From Nostoc sp. PCC 7120 = FACHB-418 (lineage in GTDB: Bacteria > Cyanobacteriota > Cyanobacteriia > Cyanobacteriales > Nostocaceae): 32,000 nucleotides of DNA. Positions 26,408 through 32,000 of this stretch are shown here, piece by piece. The notes under the pieces are model-generated. The model saw only the letters and a program-made list of their open reading frames with translations. It was not told the DNA's origin and ran no database searches. The position numbers and the translations under genes are program-made. The stretch covers positions 210,001 to 242,000 of the forward strand of contig NC_003272.1 in the NCBI RefSeq assembly GCF_000009705.1, written 5' to 3'. Numbering within the stretch: position 1 is the first letter of the stretch; every line of letters starts with the position of its first letter.

Positions 26408-27142
26408 TTAAAGCGTCACAGTGCTAGCAAGCAAGGCTTGTTGTTGTTTATATTCGACTGCAAGCTGATCAAAGGCTTGACGTTGGTTTTGCGAGTACTG
26501 CATATAAGCTAAAAACATTTCCTGCATCAGATTAATGTAGAACGAATTATCTTGAAAACTCTTCCACATCTGATCTGGTGAGAGACCATATTTTTGGCAC
26601 CAGTGTATCAATACGTCATAACCAACCACTGTTCGTACCAGTGCCAGTTTGTGAGGATCTTGCCATACCCTGGACAGCTCTTCTATCAGTGATGGTCGTC
26701 GGGGATTCGATATCAGTGCATTCTGCATCCGCCTCCACAATCGACTTTGATAAAGTTCCTCGTTCTCGACCTTCACGTACTCAATAGTGGTTTGATAATT
26801 TTCTAGAATCCGACTTTTCCATAAAGCTGTGCAGAGTGATATCGATCCTCCCTCCAGAATCAGCAATTTATGCTGTGACGAGAGCCGGTCGATGTGCTGC
26901 AAGGCCAAAGATAACGACTCAAGTGTATTCAAATTACCGTCAGCTAGTTGACGTTCTTCAAGATATATTCGAGTCGTTCCCTCAAGTTCATCAATCAGTG
27001 GCCTACCGCTACCAGTTGCTATTTCCTGATAAATCTGGATGCGATCTAGTACAATCACTGGAGCTTTGGTTTGTTTGGCTAAAACAACGGAGCGATCTGT
27101 CTTACCTACGCTAGTTGGGCCAAGAATTATATGCAATCGCAT
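26408..27142 (-). CDS. ipt: adenylate isopentenyltransferase of the Agrobacterium Ipt/Tzs type (cytokinin biosynthesis)
   Basis: MRLHIILGPTSVGKT (P-loop), APVIVLDRIQIYQEIATGSGRP..ELEGTTRIYLEER.L and LILEGGSISL parallel Agrobacterium Ipt/Tzs (LHLIFGPTCTGKT, LDRVQCCPQLSTGSGRP, GTTRLYL, LILEGGS.SL). It lacks the MiaA-type DS.Q.Y..MDIGTAKP block. Confidence 0.8.
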   Translation of the reverse strand: MRLHIILGPTSVGKTDRSVVLAKQTKAPVIVLDRIQIYQEIATGSGRPLIDELEGTTRIYLEERQLADGNLNTLESLSLALQHIDRLSSQHKLLILEGGSISLCTALWKSRILENYQTTIEYVKVENEELYQSRLWRRMQNALISNPRRPSLIEELSRVWQDPHKLALVRTVVGYDVLIHWCQKYGLSPDQMWKSFQDNSFYINLMQEMFLAYMQYSQNQRQAFDQLAVEYKQQQALLASTVTL

Positions 27143-27408
27143 GAGGGTTTATACTTAATTTTGTGAATTTTTGTGCCATGAGCTTAAGGGAAGAAACTGG
27201 CTATGAACATGACATATTTACGGTAATTTTACTTCACATATCAGAAAATCTAGTATTAATACTGAAATAAAAATAAAATTTTAAATGATACATGATAGAG
27301 ATTAGTAAAGTCACAGGTGTTGTAATTACGTATGCTGAGGTAAAATATAACTACTAGTATTTATCAGGAATTACAAGATATTTATGGCGATGGCTCACAC
27401 CTAAAAAT

Positions 27409-27903
27409 ATGGAACTTTACCTAATTCGTCATGGCATCGCTGAAGCACAAAAAACTGGTATAAAAGATGAGGAGCGTGAGCTTACCCAGGAAGGAAAACA
27501 AAAAACTGAAAAAGTTGCTTACCGTCTCGTAAAATTGGGACGGCAATTTGATTTAATTGTCACTAGCCCGTTAATACGCGCTCGCCAAACAGCAGAAATT
27601 CTTTTAGCGTCTGGACTCAGTTGTCAGCTAGAAGAATCAAATCATCTTGCACCCAATGGCAATATCTTTAATTGGCTGGATTATTGGTTAAAACCCAAAA
27701 ATTTTCCTGAAAATGCCCAAATTGCGATCGTGGGACATGAGCCTTGTTTAAGTAACTGGACAGAAATTCTCCTATGGGGGGAAGCCAAAGACAGCTTAGT
27801 CCTGAAAAAAGCAGGTATGATCGGATTAAAACTACCAGAAATAGGTTCACCTGTGGGTCGTAGTCAGATGTTCTGGTTGACACCACCCAGGTACTTGCTA
27901 TAA
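27409..27903 (+). CDS. sixA: phosphohistidine phosphatase SixA (histidine phosphatase superfamily)
   Basis: MELYLIRHGIAE (RHG motif), SPLIRARQTAE and VGHEP, with a size of 164 aa. Confidence 0.8.
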   Translation: MELYLIRHGIAEAQKTGIKDEERELTQEGKQKTEKVAYRLVKLGRQFDLIVTSPLIRARQTAEILLASGLSCQLEESNHLAPNGNIFNWLDYWLKPKNFPENAQIAIVGHEPCLSNWTEILLWGEAKDSLVLKKAGMIGLKLPEIGSPVGRSQMFWLTPPRYLL

Positions 27904-27928
27904 CTGTTCTCCAACTTTTACCCTAAGT

Positions 27929-28074
27929 AGGACTGACGCATGAAAACGAAAAATCGAGGGTTTTGGAGGGTTTGGGGTTTGGGGCTGTAGAGGTGCAGGA
28001 TTCACAACCCTCACACTCCCGCACTCTTAATCCCTTCTACCCCCCTAAGGCGGAGAGTCTCGTTGCGTTAGTTC
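27929..28074. mobile_element. MITE-like small dispersed repeat, second copy of the family at 3231-3350 in opposite orientation
   Basis: The termini AGGACTGACGCA ... TGCGTTAGTTC are imperfect inverted repeats. The first 40 nt match the reverse complement of 3311-3350. The interior is a G-rich/C-rich self-complementary segment. Confidence 0.7.
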
Positions 28075-28170
28075 GGCCAAGAATTGTTGTGAGCTAGGCT
28101 AGTGTTATGGCGGCAATAATTTCTGGTAAGTTAGCTTGATCAGATATTTCACTAAGCAAATGGTGTTGCC

Positions 28171-29307
28171 ATGATGGTGTGCGAATACAAGCCTGGTTTA
28201 GAAGGCATTCCCGCCGCCCAATCGAGTATCAGTTATGTAGATGGGCAAAAGGGAATACTAGAATATCGTGGCATCCGGATTGAGGATTTAGCCCAGCAAA
28301 GTACTTTTCTGGAGACTGCTTATCTTTTAATCTGGGGTGAGTTGCCAACAAAAGAAGAATTGCAAGTATTTGAGGAGGAAGTCCGTCTTCATCGGCGGAT
28401 TAAATACCGGATTCGGGATATGATGAAGTGCTTTCCCGAATCTGGTCATCCAATGGATGCACTCCAAGCCTCTGCGGCGGCTTTAGGCTTGTTTTACTCC
28501 CGTCGAGATTTGCACAATCCTGCCTATATTCGGGATGCTGTAGTGCGGCTAATAGCTACTATTCCGACGATGGTAGCTGCATTCCAGTTGATGCGGAAAG
28601 GTAATGACCCCGTTAAGCCCCGTGATGATTTAGATTATTCCGCCAATTTTCTCTACATGCTCAACGAGAAAGAACCGGATGCTTTGGCGGCAAAAATCTT
28701 TGATATCTGCTTGATTCTCCATGTCGAGCATACGATGAATGCTTCCACCTTTAGTGCTAGGGTAACAGCTTCCACCTTGACTGACCCGTATGCGGTGGTT
28801 GCTAGCGCTGTGGGGACTTTAGGAGGGCCTTTACACGGTGGAGCCAATGAAGAAGTAATCCAGATGTTGGAAGAGATTGGTTCCGTGGAGAATGTGCGTT
28901 CTTATGTCGAGGAGAGGTTGCAACGTAAAGACAAGCTCATGGGCTTTGGACATCGTGTCTACAAAGTTAAAGACCCACGGGCGACAATTTTGCAAGGCCT
29001 CGCAGAACAGTTGTTTGCCAAGTTCGGCGCAGATAAGTATTACGACATCGCCCAAGAAATGGAACGGGTAGTCGAAGAGAAACTTGGTCATAAAGGGATT
29101 TATCCCAATGTTGACTTCTACTCTGGTTTAGTGTATCGGAAGATGGGTATTCCTACAGACTTGTTTACACCAATCTTTGCGATCGCTCGTGTTGCTGGTT
29201 GGTTAGCCCACTGGAAAGAACAACTCGAAGAGAACCGCATTTTCCGTCCTACCCAGGTTTACAACGGCAAACACAGTGTTACCTACACCCCCATTGACCA
29301 ACGTTAA
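28171..29307 (+). CDS. gltA: citrate synthase
   Basis: GLEGIPAAQSSIS.VDG..G.L.YRG, LHVEHTMNAST, GPLHGGANE, GFGHRVYK..DPR and NVDFYSG are canonical citrate synthase motifs. Confidence 0.95.
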   Translation: MMVCEYKPGLEGIPAAQSSISYVDGQKGILEYRGIRIEDLAQQSTFLETAYLLIWGELPTKEELQVFEEEVRLHRRIKYRIRDMMKCFPESGHPMDALQASAAALGLFYSRRDLHNPAYIRDAVVRLIATIPTMVAAFQLMRKGNDPVKPRDDLDYSANFLYMLNEKEPDALAAKIFDICLILHVEHTMNASTFSARVTASTLTDPYAVVASAVGTLGGPLHGGANEEVIQMLEEIGSVENVRSYVEERLQRKDKLMGFGHRVYKVKDPRATILQGLAEQLFAKFGADKYYDIAQEMERVVEEKLGHKGIYPNVDFYSGLVYRKMGIPTDLFTPIFAIARVAGWLAHWKEQLEENRIFRPTQVYNGKHSVTYTPIDQR

Positions 29308-29772
29308 AAGCTGGGGAATAAGAGGTATCAAGTAGGGAAAGAGTTGTGATTTTTCTTAACTTGCCCCCAGTGTCGGGAATCAGTCAATCAATAGCCATCT
29401 GATAACCGTTACCAAAATGGAAGCGGTGTTTTTCTGATGCTTTTGTGAAGTCCTGGGAATCGGGGATAAAAATTAGGATTCAGAGGCAGCAGAGGAGGAA
29501 GGTTCAACAATCAATTACCCTCGGTCTTCTCTGCCTCTCTTCTCCCTATGCTTCCTCCAGCCCCATAGTCCCACTCAATCTTATCTATAAGTAGAAGTTC
29601 TCATAGAGTTACAAAAGCCTAAAACCATCCGGCGATATACTAGGCATGGGAAATGGCAACAAATCTTCAATCAGGTGTCATCTCAGCAGAGATATTAATG
29701 GGTGTGGTTGCAGGTATTAGTTTAACTAATGTTTGAGCTTCACCATGACTTGATGACTTAAAGAGCGAAAAC

Positions 29773-30891
29773 ATGAATTCAGGAATTGACCTCCAAGGAA
29801 CGTTTATTAAATCCCTAATCGATTTAGGAATCCCACCCGGAACGGCTAAAGCGATTTGGATGCCTCTGCCCATGATCCTGATGCTGATTGGGGCGACGGT
29901 GGGCGTGCTGGTTTGTGTTTGGCTAGAACGGAAGATTTCGGCAGCCGCACAGCAACGGATTGGCCCTGAATACATTGGGCCTTTGGGCTTGCTAGCTCCG
30001 GTAGCCGATGGTCTCAAGCTGGTATTTAAAGAAGATATTGTACCGGCTCAGGCTGACCCTTGGCTATTTACTCTCGGCCCGATTCTTGTAGTCTTGCCAG
30101 TATTTTTGTCTTATTTGATTGTTCCTTTCGGACAGAATATTGTCATTACTAATGTAGGTACAGGGATATTTCTGTGGATTGCTTTATCTAGCATCCAACC
30201 CATTGGCTTGTTGATGGCTGGCTACTCTTCCAATAACAAGTATTCCCTACTAGGGGGTTTGCGAGCAGCAGCACAATCAATTAGTTACGAAATTCCCTTG
30301 GCGCTGAGTGTGTTGGCGATCGTTATGATGTCTAACAGCCTCAGTACTGTAGATATTGTTAACCAACAATCTGACTACGGTATTCTGGGCTGGAACATTT
30401 GGCGACAACCCCTTGGTTTTATGATCTTTTGGATAGCCGCCCTTGCAGAATGCGAACGTTTGCCCTTCGACTTACCGGAAGCGGAAGAAGAACTAGTAGC
30501 AGGCTATCAAACTGAATACTCAGGGATGAAATTTGCGCTGTTCTACCTCAGTTCCTACGTTAACCTAATCCTGTCGGCTCTTTTGGTGGCAGTATTGTAC
30601 TTGGGTGGTTGGGATTTTCCCATTCCCATCAATGTCTTAGCTAATTTGGTGGGAGTCAGTGAAGCAAATCCTGTATTACAGGTGGTCAGCGCTGCCTTAG
30701 GTATCACCATGACCTTAGTCAAGGCTTACTTTTTAGTATTTATTGCCATCCTCTTGCGTTGGACAGTACCAAGGGTAAGGATTGACCAGTTGTTAGATTT
30801 AGGATGGAAGTTTTTGTTACCAGTTGGTTTAGTGAACCTACTTTTAACCGCAGCCCTGAAACTGGCTTTTCCCGTCGCCTTCGGCGGGTAA
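29773..30891 (+). CDS. ndhA: NAD(P)H-quinone oxidoreductase subunit 1 (NdhA / NuoH homologue)
   Basis: [45 protein letters not shown] and [27 protein letters not shown] are NuoH/NdhA signatures. Confidence 0.95.
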   Translation: MNSGIDLQGTFIKSLIDLGIPPGTAKAIWMPLPMILMLIGATVGVLVCVWLERKISAAAQQRIGPEYIGPLGLLAPVADGLKLVFKEDIVPAQADPWLFTLGPILVVLPVFLSYLIVPFGQNIVITNVGTGIFLWIALSSIQPIGLLMAGYSSNNKYSLLGGLRAAAQSISYEIPLALSVLAIVMMSNSLSTVDIVNQQSDYGILGWNIWRQPLGFMIFWIAALAECERLPFDLPEAEEELVAGYQTEYSGMKFALFYLSSYVNLILSALLVAVLYLGGWDFPIPINVLANLVGVSEANPVLQVVSAALGITMTLVKAYFLVFIAILLRWTVPRVRIDQLLDLGWKFLLPVGLVNLLLTAALKLAFPVAFGG

Positions 30892-30956
30892 TCGGTAATC
30901 GGTAATCGGTAATGGAAAAATCATTACCAATTACCTGTTACCAATTACCAATTACC
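30887..30956. repeat. STRR heptamer inverted repeat in the ndhA-ndhI spacer (GGTAATC x3 ... AATTACC-type x4)
   Basis: Read directly from the sequence. The ndhA TAA stop lies inside the first heptamer. The arms can pair as a long imperfect hairpin around GGAAAAATC. Confidence 0.85.
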
Positions 30957-30979
30957 TCAAAAGAGTAGAGAGACACAAA

Positions 30980-31564
30980 ATGCTAAAGTTCCTCAAGCAA
31001 GTTGGTGATTACGCCAAAGAAGCAGTACAAGCAGGTCGTTATATTGGTCAAGGGCTATCTGTAACTTTTGACCATATGCGCCGCCGTCCTGTCACCGTAC
31101 AGTACCCTTATGAGAAACTCATTCCTGGTGAACGCTTTCGTGGTCGGATTCACTACGAATTTGATAAGTGTATCGCTTGTGAAGTCTGTGTAAGGGTTTG
31201 TCCTATCAATTTACCTGTAGTTGATTGGGAATTCGACAAAGCTACCAAGAAGAAAAAGCTTAACCACTATAGTATCGATTTTGGGGTCTGTATTTTCTGC
31301 GGTAACTGTGTTGAGTACTGCCCGACAAACTGTCTATCAATGACAGAAGAGTACGAATTGGCAACTTACGATCGCCACGAACTCAACTATGATAGTGTGG
31401 CTTTAGGTCGTCTCCCCTACAAAGTTACCGACGACCCAATGGTGACACCACTCCGGGAACTAGTTTACCTACCCAAAGGTGTACTTGACCCCCACGACCT
31501 ACCCGCCAATGCACCGCGCCCTGGCGCACGTCCAGAAGACTTGGTAGAAAAAACAGAAGCATGA
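30980..31564 (+). CDS. ndhI: NAD(P)H-quinone oxidoreductase subunit I (NdhI, 2x[4Fe-4S] ferredoxin-type)
   Basis: Two CxxCxxCxxxCP motifs ([12 protein letters not shown] and [12 protein letters not shown]) and an N-terminal [23 protein letters not shown]. Confidence 0.95.
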   Translation: MLKFLKQVGDYAKEAVQAGRYIGQGLSVTFDHMRRRPVTVQYPYEKLIPGERFRGRIHYEFDKCIACEVCVRVCPINLPVVDWEFDKATKKKKLNHYSIDFGVCIFCGNCVEYCPTNCLSMTEEYELATYDRHELNYDSVALGRLPYKVTDDPMVTPLRELVYLPKGVLDPHDLPANAPRPGARPEDLVEKTEA

Positions 31565-31565
31565 T

Positions 31566-31652
31566 AGTAGTCAATAGTCGGTAGTCAGTAGTCAGTGGCA
31601 AAAAATATGAAATAGCGACTGACAACTGACAACTGACAACCAACAACTGACA
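31566..31652. repeat. STRR heptamer inverted repeat in the ndhI-ndhG spacer (AGTCAAT AGTCGGT AGTCAGT AGTCAGT ... ACTGACA x3 ACCAACA ACTGACA)
   Basis: Read directly from the sequence. The arms are approximate reverse complements. Confidence 0.85.
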
Positions 31653-31664
31653 GAGGAAAAAAAA

Positions 31665-32000
31665 GTGAATCTAGCAGAAGGAGTACAGGTTGTTTCCTTT
31701 GGCATACTAGCTACGATGTTGATCGGAACCGCCCTTGGTGTGGTTCTAGCAACCAGCATCGTCTATTCTGCCTTTTTACTGGGAGGTGTATTCATCAGTA
31801 TTGCTGGAATGTACCTGTTGCTAAATGGTGATTTTGTCGCCGCCGCCCAAGTTCTAGTTTATGTTGGGGCGGTAAACGTGTTGATTTTGTTCGCTATTAT
31901 GTTGGTGAACAAGCGGCAGGATTTTACACCTTATCCTAGCGCTGGGATACGGAAAGTTTTGACAGCGATCGTCAGCGTCGGATTATTTGCGTTGTTAAGC
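31665..32000 (+). CDS. ndhG: NAD(P)H-quinone oxidoreductase subunit 6 (NdhG / NuoJ homologue), N-terminal part, continues past the window end
   Basis: Own translation from the GTG at 31665 gives (M)[86 protein letters not shown]..., open to the window end. [16 protein letters not shown] is the NuoJ/NdhG signature. The position after ndhI fits the conserved ndhA-I-G-E order. Confidence 0.85.
   Translation, partial: MNLAEGVQVVSFGILATMLIGTALGVVLATSIVYSAFLLGGVFISIAGMYLLLNGDFVAAAQVLVYVGAVNVLILFAIMLVNKRQDFTPYPSAGIRKVLTAIVSVGLFALLS

Noticed and set aside
26408-27142. Annotating the P-loop transferase as tRNA dimethylallyltransferase MiaA
   Set aside because: At 244 aa it is too short. It also lacks the MiaA DS.Q.Y..MDIGTAKP block, and it matches the Ipt/Tzs LDR.Q...L.TGSGRP and LILEGGS.SL blocks instead.
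27143-27408. Small ORFs (for example 27177-27266, 29 codons) and possible sRNA in the ipt/sixA divergent spacer
   Set aside because: I could identify no RBS, no conserved-looking structure and no terminator hairpin. It is most simply two divergent promoters.
29653-29736. 27-codon ORF (MATNLQSGVISAEILMGVVAGISLTNV) in the 465-bp spacer upstream of ndhA, considered as a possible small NDH-1 subunit
   Set aside because: It has no SD sequence. The hydrophobic stretch is too short for a TM helix. It bears no resemblance to NdhP, NdhQ or NdhL that I can recall. It could only be rescued by conservation or ribosome-profiling data.

Overview
The window looks like a chromosomal segment of a filamentous, heterocyst-forming cyanobacterium of the Nostoc/Anabaena type. 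The evidence is about 20 perfect HIP1 palindromes (GCGATCGC, counted by eye), heptameric STRR-type tandem repeats in most intergenic spacers, a HetZ-family gene, ycf54 and an ndhA-ndhI-ndhG operon.

I support about 32 protein-coding genes, mostly housekeeping:
- ArsC/Spx-family protein, LarC, TsaC/YrdC, RecQ and a Tat-dependent PhoD phosphatase
- a PEP-CTERM protein, an AI-2E permease, a NUDIX hydrolase, FolD and CrtE-type GGPP synthase
- a DUF212/PAP2-like protein, Ycf54, PdxJ, a PAS-GGDEF-EAL protein, SixA and citrate synthase
- NdhA, NdhI and NdhG; the window starts and ends inside genes

I saw no rRNA, tRNA, CRISPR array, transposase, integrase or phage gene. I did not find a convincing new multi-gene system. 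The most unusual content is:
1. A free-standing Agrobacterium Ipt/Tzs-type adenylate isopentenyltransferase (cytokinin synthase) gene at 26408-27142.
2. A HetZ-family paralogue followed by an orphan PD-(D/E)XK nuclease-like gene and recQ (8697-13189).
3. A homologue of the plant pathogen-related protein family (22629-23348).
4. A rich layer of small dispersed repeats: MITE-like elements, heptamer hairpins and GTTGGCGYAGCC units. These shape intergenic regions, create spurious ORFs and in places overlap gene ends.

All homology calls come from motif recognition by eye and memory. None is backed by a database search.
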